Source: Candidatus Woesearchaeota archaeon (GTDB taxonomy: Archaea > Nanobdellota > Nanobdellia > Woesearchaeales > SKIA01). From it: 64,000 bases of DNA. The notes beneath the pieces were generated by a model. The model saw only the letters and a program-made list of their open reading frames with translations. It was not told where the DNA came from and did not search any database. The translations under genes were made by a program, and so were the position numbers. The stretch spans positions 26,773 through 90,772 of the forward strand of contig JBLKOP010000001.1 of the NCBI GenBank assembly GCA_047602905.1. The letters run 5' to 3'. Shown piece after piece: positions 36,932 to 46,758 of the stretch. Each line of letters opens with the position of its first letter. Position 1 is the first letter of the stretch.

Positions 36932-37933
36932 ATGTTGTGTTTGGCTATTGAGTCTACTGCTCACACGTTTGCTGCTTCTGTTGTTAAGAAGTCTTCTTCT
37001 GGTTTGGTGAGTGTTTTGTCTTCTGTTCGTGATATGTTTACTACTGAGGGCGGGGGTCTTATTCCTCGTGAGCTTGCTGATCATCATGTTCTTGTTTGGC
37101 GAGAAGTTGTTTCTTCTGCTCTTGCTGAGGCGGGTGTTTCTTTGTCTTCTATTGGTTTGTTGGCGTATTCTCGCGCTCCTGGTTTTGGTCATGCTTTGCG
37201 TGTGGGTAGTGGTGTTGTTCGTTGCTTGGCTTCTCGTTATGGTTTGCCTGTTGTTGGGGTTAATCATTGCGTTGCTCACTTAGAGGTTGGTCGGGTTCTT
37301 GGTGGGGTGGCTGATCCTGTGTTGTTGTATGCTTCTGGTGCTAATACGCAGGTGATTGCTTTGGAGGGTGGTCGGTATCGGGTTTTTGGTGAGACGCTTG
37401 ATTTGGGGGTGGGTAATTTTTTGGATTCTCTTGCTCGTAGTATGGGTTTGGGTTTTCCTGGTGGCCCTGCTCTTGAGAAGCTAGCTGCTTCTTATCGTGG
37501 TTCTCTTGTTGAGTTGCCGTACGTGGTTAAGGGTATGGATGTTTCTTTTTCTGGTATTCAGTCTGCTGTTCGTTTGTTGCTTAAGAGGGGTGTTTCTTCT
37601 GAGGCTATTGCTTTTTCTGTTCAGGAGCACGTGTTTGCTATGCTTGTGGAGGTTTCTGAGCGAGCGTTGGCTCATACGGGTAAGTCTTCTTTGGTTCTTG
37701 GTGGTGGCGTTGCTTGTAATGCTCGTTTGCAGGAGATGTGTTCTTTGATGTGTTCTTCTCGTGGAGTTTCTTTTTTTGCTCCTGAGAAGCGGTTTCTTGT
37801 TGATAACGCTGCTATGATTGGTGTTCTTGGTTTCTCTGTTTTTGACCGGTTTGGTTCTGTTTGTGTTTCTGAGGTAGATTTTGATCCGTATGAGCGTACT
37901 GATGAGGCGGTTGTTGCTTTGTGGGATGTCTAG
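36932..37933 (+). CDS. kae1: Kae1/TsaD tRNA N6-threonylcarbamoyladenosine synthase
   Basis: LAIESTAHTFAASVV, GVNHCVAHLEVG (HxxxH metal site), GGGVACNARL; codons almost exclusively NNT/NNG. Confidence 0.8.
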   Translation: MLCLAIESTAHTFAASVVKKSSSGLVSVLSSVRDMFTTEGGGLIPRELADHHVLVWREVVSSALAEAGVSLSSIGLLAYSRAPGFGHALRVGSGVVRCLASRYGLPVVGVNHCVAHLEVGRVLGGVADPVLLYASGANTQVIALEGGRYRVFGETLDLGVGNFLDSLARSMGLGFPGGPALEKLAASYRGSLVELPYVVKGMDVSFSGIQSAVRLLLKRGVSSEAIAFSVQEHVFAMLVEVSERALAHTGKSSLVLGGGVACNARLQEMCSLMCSSRGVSFFAPEKRFLVDNAAMIGVLGFSVFDRFGSVCVSEVDFDPYERTDEAVVALWDV

Positions 37934-38325
37934 TAGTATCTATTGAAGTTTCTTCCTTGTAGTATGGTTGGTTGGTGGTTTCTGTGTAGGTGTGGTTGGT
38001 TGTGCGCGTAGTGTCTTGTTGTGTGTGTTTTGTACGTGCTGCTGTAGTGGTTGTAGTAGTTTTGGTTGTAGTGTACGTACATGGTTCTTGGTGGATGGAT
38101 TATTTCTTCAAAGACGTAGTGAGTTTGTGCTCTTGGTATGGTTGTTTGTAGGTGGCTTCTTTGGTGTGTGCTAGTACTTATTGGTGTGCTGTAATTTGGT
38201 GCTCTTGCCCAGAGCGGGCATTCGGGTGTTGGGCAGTGGTTGCTTGTTGTTGTGTGCTGTGCGCTTGCTACTGGTAGGAGTAGGAGAAGTGCTGCTAGGA
38301 GTAGGGTTGTTGTTTTTAGTTCCAT
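37930..38325 (-). CDS. small secreted His/Tyr/Asn/Thr-rich protein
   Basis: Signal peptide MELKTTTLLLAALLLLLPVASAQ; HYNQNYYNHY...HYAHNQPHLHRNHQP. Confidence 0.4.
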   Translation of the reverse strand: MELKTTTLLLAALLLLLPVASAQHTTTSNHCPTPECPLWARAPNYSTPISTSTHQRSHLQTTIPRAQTHYVFEEIIHPPRTMYVHYNQNYYNHYSSTYKTHTTRHYAHNQPHLHRNHQPTILQGRNFNRYY

Positions 38326-38549
38326 GTGTGTATTCCTCGTTGGTACTCGGTTATTCCGGGCGCGGTTATTGTTGTTTGTAGTTCGTGAGTTAGTGTTGGG
38401 TTGTGTATTCCGTGTGTGGTTGTTTGTGGGTTGTGTATGTGATACGTTGTTGTGTGTGCTGTTATGCTAATTGCTTGTAGCGTGAGTATTGCTAGTAGGA
38501 GTACTGCTAGTATGCTGAGTAGTTGGTGTGTTTTGTTGTTTAGTACCAT
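38316..38549 (-). CDS. small secreted His/Thr-rich protein
   Basis: Start taken at MVLNNK; signal LLSILAVLLLAILTLQA; HTTTYHIHNPQTTTHGIHNPTLTH. Confidence 0.35.
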   Translation of the reverse strand: MVLNNKTHQLLSILAVLLLAILTLQAISITAHTTTYHIHNPQTTTHGIHNPTLTHELQTTITAPGITEYQRGIHTWN

Positions 38550-38965
38550 GTGTATACGTTTGGGTTGTAGGTTCTTGGTGTGTTGTAGCTGTTTGTTTGT
38601 GGTCTTTGGTTTGGTTGTGTCATTCGTTGTCCGTTGACTCCGCTGTAGAACCTTCCTGGTGTCCATGCGCTTGTGTGTCCGAGGAGTTGGTTGTTGTGTT
38701 GGTATAGGTAGCGGTTGTGCGGGTAGCTTATTGGTTGTTGTACTCTCATGTACCCTTCTGGTCTTCCTGTTGCTCCTACGTATCGTTGGTAGGGGTTGGT
38801 TCTTGGTGGTTGGTTGTTCCAGCTAAGTATTGTTGGTGTGTTGTAGCTGTATGGCTGTATTGTTTGGTATCCGTGGGTTGCTGGGTTGTAGACGCTGATT
38901 GCTTCTGTTAGTGGTATGCTTGCTAGGCTGATGATGATTGCCAGTACAAAAAACACGTATTTCAT
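38540..38965 (-). CDS. small secreted Tyr/Asn/Pro/Gln-rich protein
   Basis: Signal MKYVFFVLAIIISLASIPLTEA; low-complexity mature part. Confidence 0.4.
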   Translation of the reverse strand: MKYVFFVLAIIISLASIPLTEAISVYNPATHGYQTIQPYSYNTPTILSWNNQPPRTNPYQRYVGATGRPEGYMRVQQPISYPHNRYLYQHNNQLLGHTSAWTPGRFYSGVNGQRMTQPNQRPQTNSYNTPRTYNPNVYTWY

Positions 38966-39041
38966 GACTACTAGTAAGTGGTGTTTGTTTTTATATGTTG
39001 TTATTTTTTCTTGCCGAAAAGCAAGCGTTTAAAAAGCTTGA

Positions 39042-40886
39042 TTGGTCGTTTTTTCTCTGAGAGAAATGGTTTTAGAGCAATACTTCTTATCACCAAACTG
39101 GGCGTGGGCACTACTCGCACTTATTCCTCTTATTCTGCTGTACTTACTTAAGCCTAAACCAAAGAAACAAACCATTCCTAGTCTCATGTTTTTCTTACAA
39201 GACGCAAAGAAGAAACGCTTACAAAACTTTCTTCGTCGATTCCTCCCTAACCTCCTATTATTACTACAACTCCTTATCTTACTTGGACTAGCTGCTGCTC
39301 TTATGCAACCCTACATTAGCGTTCCTGTCGTTTCTAGCGCTCAAAACACCGTAATCGTTCTTGACTCAAGCGCTTCTATGCACGCAGTTGATTCATCAGG
39401 TGTTCGCTACGAGCAAGCAATCACTCAATTACTGCCGTTACTTGGCTCCTCTAACACCATTATCTTAGCTGGTGTGAGCGCGGAGATTGTTGTAGAAGAA
39501 GCATCTGCTCGAGAAGCACAGCAATTCCTGCGATCATGGACTCCTAGTCACCAACCAACACGCTTGCGAGTAGCTTTACAAGAAGCTCTTACGCGCGTTG
39601 ATGAAAACACCGTGGTTCTTATCGCAAGTGATTTTATCGATACAGAAGTAGGCAACGGACCTGCTGAGGCGCTTGGTGCTTTACGCGCACGAGCAGCACA
39701 AGTTGTTGAGGTACGCGTGGGCGAGGAGAACACAAACAACATCGGCATAGTGGATGTGGCAGCAACGGATACGACAACAACCATTACTGTGCAGAACTTT
39801 GATGAACAAACACGAGAAACACAAGCGTGTATTGCGGGTACGTGCAGAGAGTTTGTTCTTGAAGCGCAAGAAACGCAGCAATGGACGTTTAACACTCCTG
39901 CAGGAACAAGCGAGGTGCGCTTATCTCATGAGGACGCGTTTAGCGTTGATGACGTAGCGTACATTAGCTCTGAAGAGCAACGAGTACTACGCGTGCTTGT
40001 CGTTACAAACAGCGACTGGCAGTCTCATGAACTCGCGCAATTCCTAGCAGCGCTTAGTGAGAGCACAAACCTTGCTGTAGAGGTAGAAATAAACACTCCT
40101 CCTCGTCTTGTGGACGTAAACCACGACCTCATAATCTTTTATGAAGTAGGTTTATCAACAGTTGTTGAACGAACGTTTCGAGACGTAGAGTCTCGTGTGC
40201 GAGCAGGGGATTCTGCAGCGATTATCTTGTACCAGCAAGGACTCTTTGGGCTGCCGTTTGGTAGCTTACTTGCTCACGAGTACGAAGGAGTAGGAGGTGC
40301 TTCTGCGGTTATTAACACCAACAACCAGCAACGACTCGTAGGCCTTGATTACGGCTACACACCAACACACCCAATTACTCGCTTAACACAACAATCCTTA
40401 GTACTCGCTACTTCTCAAGAAGAAAACCCTCTCATTACAGTTACCAACCTTGGAGCAGGCAGAGTACTGTATTACGGTCTTTCTGGAGAAGCAGGGTTTT
40501 CTGCAACTCCAGACTACGCGCTTTTCTTTAAGGAAGCTATTGATTACTCACTAAACCGCTTAAGTACTTCTTCGCGTACGTTACGAACACAAACAGTACT
40601 TGGAGGAGTAGGGCAAGCAAGAACTCCTAGTGGAGAAGTAGTTTCTGGACGAGTAGCGCTTTTTGAAGCAGGGTTTTATCAAACAAACCAAGGAGTGTTC
40701 GCCGCTAACCTTGCTAACGCTGCAGAAAGCAACATCGCTGTACGAGCATCTACGCAGACAAGTACGTCTGTAGGTGCTGAAATTGTTTCTTCACAGCCAA
40801 GAAACCTCTCGCAATGGCTTATTCTTCTCGTGCTCGTATTACTTCTTCTTGAATTACTCTACGTAAAGTACCGGGGGGATCTCTAA
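39042..40886 (+). CDS. BatA-like membrane-anchored von Willebrand factor A protein
   Basis: N-terminal TM + basic stretch, MIDAS IVLDSSASM, C-terminal TM. Confidence 0.55.
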   Translation: MVVFSLREMVLEQYFLSPNWAWALLALIPLILLYLLKPKPKKQTIPSLMFFLQDAKKKRLQNFLRRFLPNLLLLLQLLILLGLAAALMQPYISVPVVSSAQNTVIVLDSSASMHAVDSSGVRYEQAITQLLPLLGSSNTIILAGVSAEIVVEEASAREAQQFLRSWTPSHQPTRLRVALQEALTRVDENTVVLIASDFIDTEVGNGPAEALGALRARAAQVVEVRVGEENTNNIGIVDVAATDTTTTITVQNFDEQTRETQACIAGTCREFVLEAQETQQWTFNTPAGTSEVRLSHEDAFSVDDVAYISSEEQRVLRVLVVTNSDWQSHELAQFLAALSESTNLAVEVEINTPPRLVDVNHDLIIFYEVGLSTVVERTFRDVESRVRAGDSAAIILYQQGLFGLPFGSLLAHEYEGVGGASAVINTNNQQRLVGLDYGYTPTHPITRLTQQSLVLATSQEENPLITVTNLGAGRVLYYGLSGEAGFSATPDYALFFKEAIDYSLNRLSTSSRTLRTQTVLGGVGQARTPSGEVVSGRVALFEAGFYQTNQGVFAANLANAAESNIAVRASTQTSTSVGAEIVSSQPRNLSQWLILLVLVLLLLELLYVKYRGDL

Positions 40887-43301
40887 ATGGTTTCTTTTCT
40901 TAACGCATGGGTTCTTCTTAGTATACCCGTAGTTCTTCTTTTTATCCTCTGGCTTGTAAGAAAAGACTTTGTTTCTTTTGATACGCGCTTCTCAGAAGAA
41001 GTAGTTGCTCGCAAAAAACATGCTCGTATGCGTCGCTTTGTTCTTATTACAAGAACAATTATTTTCACGTGCTTACTACTTGCTCTCGCAACTCCTGTGC
41101 TCACAACAGATTTTTTTAGCGAGACAGACCCGCGCATCGTAGTCTTAGTGGATGAGAGTGAGAGCATGAACGTGTTTGCCGCTACAAACCTTATTGAAGA
41201 ACTCTCTGAGCTTGCGCGCGTAGAACAACACGTAATAGCAACAGGAAACACAAGCGCACTAGGAGACGCTATTCTTACGCACATAGGAGTAGGAAGTCAC
41301 GTAGTACTCATTAGTGATGGGCGTCTTACAAGCGGAGCTAGTCTTGCTAGTGTTGCTAGCTTTGCAGAAAACCAGCAAGCAACAATTAACGCAGTAGAGC
41401 TTCCTAGGCGTTTTGAGGACGCAAGCGTGCAGGTAGAGGTTGAGAGCCTTGTTATTGAGAATATACAAACACCTATTCATGTACGCGTACACACAACTGA
41501 TGGCGTTGCTAGAGCAGTACAAGTACTTGTTAATAACGAAGTAGTTGATGAGCGAGAAACAAGCACTTCTTTTACGCTCTCACAAGCATTTAGTTCTCGT
41601 GAGAACACCGTAACTGCTCGTATACTTACAGAGGATGAGTTCATGAGTAACAATGAGTTTACCGCAACAGTAACAGCGACTACTAAGCCACGAGTACTTC
41701 TTATCGCTTCTCGAAGTAGTGCTTTTGAAGGAGTACTTAAGCAACTCTACAGCGTGGATACAAAAACAACAATTCCTACTAGCTTAGATAAGTATGCAGC
41801 AATAGTTGTTTTTGACACACCAAGAAGCGCGCTAGACGAGCAAGCACTTGTTGAGTACGTAACCGCAGGAGGAGGACTTATAGTTATAGGAGGGGAGAGG
41901 AGCTTTGAGTTTGGAGGGTACCGTAATAGTTTACTTGAGAGTCTACTTCCTGTACGCGTAGGAGTGGGAGCGAGCGCTGCTCCAAGCGCAAACATCGTCT
42001 TAGCAATAGATATGAGTAACCGAGCGCTTGGAAGCGTTGCTTTTGTTGACGGAGAACAAATACGTGCAAGTCAAGAAGTACAGAGCGTACAAAAAGCGCT
42101 CGCAATAGACTTACTTAATAGGCTGAACAAAAACAACCGAGTAGGAGCACTAGCGTTCACCTATCCGTTACCAGACCAACACTCGTGCACAGGAGCATGC
42201 GTACTTGCACCCATACGAAGCTTAGGAGAGCACCAAGAAGAACTCATAGACCGAGTAGCTCGCGTAAACATTACTGGAGGAACAAGTATAAGCACAGGAG
42301 TGCAAGGAAGCATACAATTACTTGAGCAAGTAAGCGGCTCACAAAACATTGTTCTTATTAGTGACGGAGTAACAGGTGTTGAGGACGCTAACCAAGCGCT
42401 TAACGCAGCAAGAACGTTTGCTGCGAGAGGAGGAACGCTCTACGCAGTACACGTAGGAAACAGCGAGCAAGGACTAGGGTTTTTGCAAGAACTCGCGACA
42501 GCAACAGGAGGAGTGGCTTTTGTAGCAGGAGCAAACAATCGCTTAGCAGTCTTGTTTGGTGAGCCACAAGAAAGCGAAGGAGAAGACGCTTTCGCACTTA
42601 TTCCCGTAGACGAGTACCATTTCATTACGCGAGGAATTACTCCAAGCGCAACCCTATTTGGAAGCAACCAAGTACTTGTTAAGCGAGGAGCGAGGCAACT
42701 TCTTGCAACAAACAACGCACAACCAGTACTTACTGTGTGGAACTACGGAGTAGGGCGTGTAGGAGCAATTACTGCGTTTAGTAACGACGACTTAGGAGCG
42801 CTACTACACGCTCCTAACAGCGAGTACATCAGCCGCCTAGGAAACTGGGCTATAGGACCACTAGAGCGAATACAACAAACACTTATTCTTGTAGAAGACG
42901 TTCGCGAGGGAGAAGAAGCGCTTGTCGTTGCTCGAGGAGAACGACCGCTTCTTGAAGCAGTAGCGTTTAGCAGAGTAGCTCGTAACGAGTACGAAGCAAA
43001 CCTGCCTGCACGCAACCAAGGAGTACACGAAGTACTCGGTACTCGCTACGCAGTAAACTACCCCTCAGAGTTTGACGCACTAGGAATAAGTGATGAGCTA
43101 CGAGAAGCAGTTAATCTGAGCGGAGGAGACATGTACGCTCCTAACGACGCACAACAAATACTTAAGCACGCAACCACGCTTAGCGAACTCAAAGACATAC
43201 GTGAAGAACCACTATACTGGCCGTTTGTACTCGCAGCTCTTATCGTGTTCTTACTGGAAGTGCTCATTCGACGAGTAACGAGTATGCGCAAACACTCATA
43301 A
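40887..43301 (+). CDS. large membrane-anchored double-vWA protein
   Basis: N-terminal TM, MIDAS motifs VLVDESESM and LAIDMSNRA, C-terminal TM LYWPFVLAALIVFLLEVLI. Confidence 0.55.
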   Translation: MVSFLNAWVLLSIPVVLLFILWLVRKDFVSFDTRFSEEVVARKKHARMRRFVLITRTIIFTCLLLALATPVLTTDFFSETDPRIVVLVDESESMNVFAATNLIEELSELARVEQHVIATGNTSALGDAILTHIGVGSHVVLISDGRLTSGASLASVASFAENQQATINAVELPRRFEDASVQVEVESLVIENIQTPIHVRVHTTDGVARAVQVLVNNEVVDERETSTSFTLSQAFSSRENTVTARILTEDEFMSNNEFTATVTATTKPRVLLIASRSSAFEGVLKQLYSVDTKTTIPTSLDKYAAIVVFDTPRSALDEQALVEYVTAGGGLIVIGGERSFEFGGYRNSLLESLLPVRVGVGASAAPSANIVLAIDMSNRALGSVAFVDGEQIRASQEVQSVQKALAIDLLNRLNKNNRVGALAFTYPLPDQHSCTGACVLAPIRSLGEHQEELIDRVARVNITGGTSISTGVQGSIQLLEQVSGSQNIVLISDGVTGVEDANQALNAARTFAARGGTLYAVHVGNSEQGLGFLQELATATGGVAFVAGANNRLAVLFGEPQESEGEDAFALIPVDEYHFITRGITPSATLFGSNQVLVKRGARQLLATNNAQPVLTVWNYGVGRVGAITAFSNDDLGALLHAPNSEYISRLGNWAIGPLERIQQTLILVEDVREGEEALVVARGERPLLEAVAFSRVARNEYEANLPARNQGVHEVLGTRYAVNYPSEFDALGISDELREAVNLSGGDMYAPNDAQQILKHATTLSELKDIREEPLYWPFVLAALIVFLLEVLIRRVTSMRKHS

Positions 43302-43337
43302 ACGTTTATAAATACTTGTTAAGCTATACAGAGTACT

Positions 43338-43799
43338 ATGGCAGTAATGAAAAAACAAGTAAACATGTTCTTGCTCTTTCTTATCATACTTGGTATTGGG
43401 TTACTGGCAGGAGTAACTATCCTGTACCAAGGACAACTCTCTACGTTTAGTAACGACTTAGTGCAACGAAACCAAGAACTTGCTGTGTGCACAGAAGAAC
43501 TTGAAGAAACCCAACAAGCACTGAGTACTGCGCAAAGAGAACTAAGCACAAACATCGGAGATGTAGATAGAACAGTAGCGCTACTTGAAGAAAACGAGGA
43601 AGTTATTGATGAGCAACAAACACGTATTAGCGCCTTAGAAAACGAGGTTAACCGCTTAGAAGTGCGCTTATCAGAAGAGCAAACACGAGTAACGCAATTA
43701 CAAACAACTATTAGTACACGAGACCAAACAATCCTCACGCTGCAAAACCGAATCGAAGACTTAGAAGAGGATTTACAAGCCTGCCAGGATGCTTCATGA
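43338..43799 (+). CDS. membrane-anchored coiled-coil protein
   Basis: N-terminal TM then heptad-rich Q/E/L sequence; TATA 28 bp upstream. Confidence 0.35.
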   Translation: MAVMKKQVNMFLLFLIILGIGLLAGVTILYQGQLSTFSNDLVQRNQELAVCTEELEETQQALSTAQRELSTNIGDVDRTVALLEENEEVIDEQQTRISALENEVNRLEVRLSEEQTRVTQLQTTISTRDQTILTLQNRIEDLEEDLQACQDAS

Positions 43800-44587
43800 G
43801 ACAAGCAAAGAAACTCTTTAACGAACTACGATACGAAATCATCAAGGCTCTTGTAGCAAAAGAATTCCTTAACGCAGCAATGCTTTTCTTCGCCCTGCTC
43901 ATACCGTTATCACTTATGAGCATGAGCTTCTTGTACGCACTCATACCAACTGCTCTTTTCTTCGTAATAAAACTCTACCGAGCATTCAAGGATAACACCA
44001 TACAAAAACTTGAGCAAGGAAACCCAGAAGTACATGAACTCCTACACACAGCGTATGAGCACCAAGAAGTAGATAGCTTAATGGTGCAAGGACTCATGTA
44101 TGACTTACAAAAAAAGCTCGCAACAGTAAGCACAGGAGTACTCATAGACCCAAGACGAGCAATAGGAAAAGTGTTTGTTATAGCAATACTCGCACTCATA
44201 CCGCTAGCGATATACACAGTAACTCCTTCGCTTATACAAGCAAACCCGCTTGCAGACATAGACTTTAGTGCTTTAGCAATGAGAGGAGAGAGGTTTTTTT
44301 TAGAACAAACAACACCAGTAAATCTTAGTGAGGAAGGAATAAGCTATGGAGATATTAATCTTGCTTTGCTTGGCGAAGACGAGCTGGAACTAGCGCTAAG
44401 AAGTAGTGCGGGAGCAATGGACTCTTCTAATGAGCAAGAACTACGCGAAAGAGAATTCGCTCAAGGAAGGGTAAGTGGAGAAATAGAAGTAGTGGAGTCA
44501 GAGTATGATAGCAGCGCACGAGTGTATGATGAGAGCGAAGTAGCGCTTATTACTCGCTATAGTTGCAAGCAACGAGGAGACTGCTAA
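43796..44587 (+). CDS. membrane protein, unknown function
   Basis: Several TM helices; overlaps previous gene by 4 nt. Confidence 0.35.
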   Translation: MRQAKKLFNELRYEIIKALVAKEFLNAAMLFFALLIPLSLMSMSFLYALIPTALFFVIKLYRAFKDNTIQKLEQGNPEVHELLHTAYEHQEVDSLMVQGLMYDLQKKLATVSTGVLIDPRRAIGKVFVIAILALIPLAIYTVTPSLIQANPLADIDFSALAMRGERFFLEQTTPVNLSEEGISYGDINLALLGEDELELALRSSAGAMDSSNEQELREREFAQGRVSGEIEVVESEYDSSARVYDESEVALITRYSCKQRGDC

Positions 44588-44626
44588 AAAACTATCTTTA
44601 TAAACCAAGCTAGTTGTAAACTACTC

Positions 44627-45580
44627 ATGGTAGAGCAAGTAAAGAACCTGGAGAAACTCAAAGAAACCTTTGGCAACGTAGCACAAGAAGTAAGCAAAAC
44701 CATTGTAGGACAACAAGAAGTTATCGAGCACATCCTCGTAGCGATACTCACCGGAAGCAACGCACTTCTAGAAAGCCCTCCAGGACTAGGAAAAACTACG
44801 CTGATAAAAAGTTTAGCGCAAGTACTTGACTTAGACTTTAGCAGGATACAAAACACTCCTGATCTCATGCCAAGTGACATTACAGGAACGTACGTGATAG
44901 AGGAGCACGAAGGAAAAAAGACGTTTATTTTTCAGAAAGGACCGTTATTTGCAAACATCGTTCTTGCAGACGAAATTAACCGTGCAACACCAAAAACACA
45001 AGCAGCACTTCTAGAAGCGATGCAAGAAAAACAAGTAACAGTAGGAACAGAAACGTTTTATTTAGAAGAACCGTTCTTCGTACTCGCAACACAAAACCCT
45101 ATTGATAACGAGGGCGTCTATCCCTTGCCTGAAGCACAAGTAGATCGTTTCTTACTCAAAATCGTTGTGCCGTACCCGACAGCAGAAGAAGAACTAGAAA
45201 TAGTTAATCGGTTCACGACAGCAGCAGAGATAACGCCAGTAAACAAACTCTTAGGGGAGAACAGCATTAAGCTCTTACAAAAACTTACTCGACAAGTACC
45301 TATAGCAGATGATATCAAGCAACGAGCAGTAAAACTTGTACAACAAACAAGAAATACGCCGGAGCGTATTGAGTACGGAGCAAGCCCGAGAGCAAGCATA
45401 GGACTCATACTCGCAGCTAAAGCACACGCGCTTATTCAGGGAAGAAAATTTGTTAGTAGCAAGGACGTAGACGCAATGGCGCTACCAGTTCTGCGGCACA
45501 GAATTATCGCTAGCTTTAGTGCGGAGAGAGAAGGAAAAACTACTGATGACCTCATCAAAGAACTCCTTGACAAGCTATAA
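44627..45580 (+). CDS. MoxR-family AAA+ ATPase
   Basis: Walker A ESPPGLGKT, Walker B VLADEINRA; TATA 22 bp upstream. Confidence 0.8.
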   Translation: MVEQVKNLEKLKETFGNVAQEVSKTIVGQQEVIEHILVAILTGSNALLESPPGLGKTTLIKSLAQVLDLDFSRIQNTPDLMPSDITGTYVIEEHEGKKTFIFQKGPLFANIVLADEINRATPKTQAALLEAMQEKQVTVGTETFYLEEPFFVLATQNPIDNEGVYPLPEAQVDRFLLKIVVPYPTAEEELEIVNRFTTAAEITPVNKLLGENSIKLLQKLTRQVPIADDIKQRAVKLVQQTRNTPERIEYGASPRASIGLILAAKAHALIQGRKFVSSKDVDAMALPVLRHRIIASFSAEREGKTTDDLIKELLDKL

Positions 45581-46456
45581 ATGACTCGCAAGAACAACGG
45601 AATTGATTACGAAGACTTTCTTAAACAACTCGACCGCTTTCGTATAGTACTAAAAAAGAACGTAAGTAGCAAGTACCAAGGAGCAAGAAAAACTACTATA
45701 GCAGGAAGCGGATTAACGTTTAAAGACTATAAAAGCTACGTTCCAGGAGATGATTTTCGAAACCTCGACTGGAGAGTGTATGCGCGAACCAACAAGCTGT
45801 ACGTGCGGCGATACGAGGAAGAACGAGACTTAACAGTGCACATCATCGTTGATGCGAGCGCAAGCATGGATTTTGGAGTGCCAAGCAAGTACGAGTACGC
45901 AACGCTACTCGGAGTAGGGTTTGCGTACCTAGCGCTTAAGAACAACGAAAAATTTGATTTCAGCACGTTTGCAGAAGAAATGAGTCCTGTACGTGCAAAG
46001 AAAGGAAGAAAACAACTCCTCGCACTTCTCGAGTACCTTACTCAATCACGCTTAGATGGAAAAACGGCTTTTCAAGAAAGCCTAGAGAGTGCGCGCAAAA
46101 GCATAAGTAGCAAGAGCTTAGTTATTATTATCAGCGATTTCTTGTATGAGCCAGCAAGCGTGCAAGAAACCCTTACTCGATTCAGAAAAAGCACTGTTTT
46201 GTGCATACAAGTCCTTGATAAACAAGAAAAACACCTTAGTATACAAGGAGACATGATCCTTGAGGACGCAGAAGAAAAAACGACGCTACGAACCTTTATT
46301 ACGCGAAGAGTAAAAAAAGAGTATCAAGAAAGCCTAGAAACGCACCTAGACAAGCTACGAGTGGCTTGTGAGCAAACACGAGCGGGTTTTGTAAGTGTAG
46401 GAACAGACGAAGAAATCTTTGATGCATTCTTTAGCGCGTATCAAAAACTACGATAA
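45581..46456 (+). CDS. DUF58-family (vWA-like) protein, MoxR partner
   Basis: GLTFKDYKSYVPGDDFRNLDWRVYARTNKLYVRRYEEER and IIVDASASM. Confidence 0.7.
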   Translation: MTRKNNGIDYEDFLKQLDRFRIVLKKNVSSKYQGARKTTIAGSGLTFKDYKSYVPGDDFRNLDWRVYARTNKLYVRRYEEERDLTVHIIVDASASMDFGVPSKYEYATLLGVGFAYLALKNNEKFDFSTFAEEMSPVRAKKGRKQLLALLEYLTQSRLDGKTAFQESLESARKSISSKSLVIIISDFLYEPASVQETLTRFRKSTVLCIQVLDKQEKHLSIQGDMILEDAEEKTTLRTFITRRVKKEYQESLETHLDKLRVACEQTRAGFVSVGTDEEIFDAFFSAYQKLR

Positions 46457-46511
46457 AACTTTTTTTTTGTGTTTAGTTTAGATAAATAAAAAAAACATAT
46501 TTTTCGCACAG

Positions 46512-46685
46512 TTACTGCTTCTCAACGAAGTAGTACACAATTGCTGTTATGATACTAAACACAATAGCAGCTACAGTCCAGACGACTTTGGCTACTGTTG
46601 ATAATCGTTTGTTGTTTGCGAACACGTCATAAATGACCCATACAGCACATAACAAGCCAATAATCCACACAATATTTCCTAACAT
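46512..46685 (-). CDS. PLDc_N-like small membrane protein (57 aa), absent from ORF track
   Basis: Hand translation MLGNIVWIIGLLCAVWVIYDVFANNKRLSTVAKVVWTVAAIVFSIITAIVYYFVEKQ fits the PLD-nuclease N-terminal small-protein pattern. Confidence 0.5.
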   Translation of the reverse strand: MLGNIVWIIGLLCAVWVIYDVFANNKRLSTVAKVVWTVAAIVFSIITAIVYYFVEKQ

Positions 46686-46758
46686 AATTTTTTTTTACCT
46701 CCCTTACCATGGGTTAAGGAGGCGTTTATTTATAAAACTGCTCGCTATCTCTATACAC

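Noticed and set aside
35770-39040. Inverted-repeat boundaries that would prove the G+T-rich block is a simple inversion
   Set aside because: Comparing the left (35755-35800) and right (38966-39040) junctions by eye shows no inverted or direct repeats. The inversion idea therefore remains an inference from skew alone.
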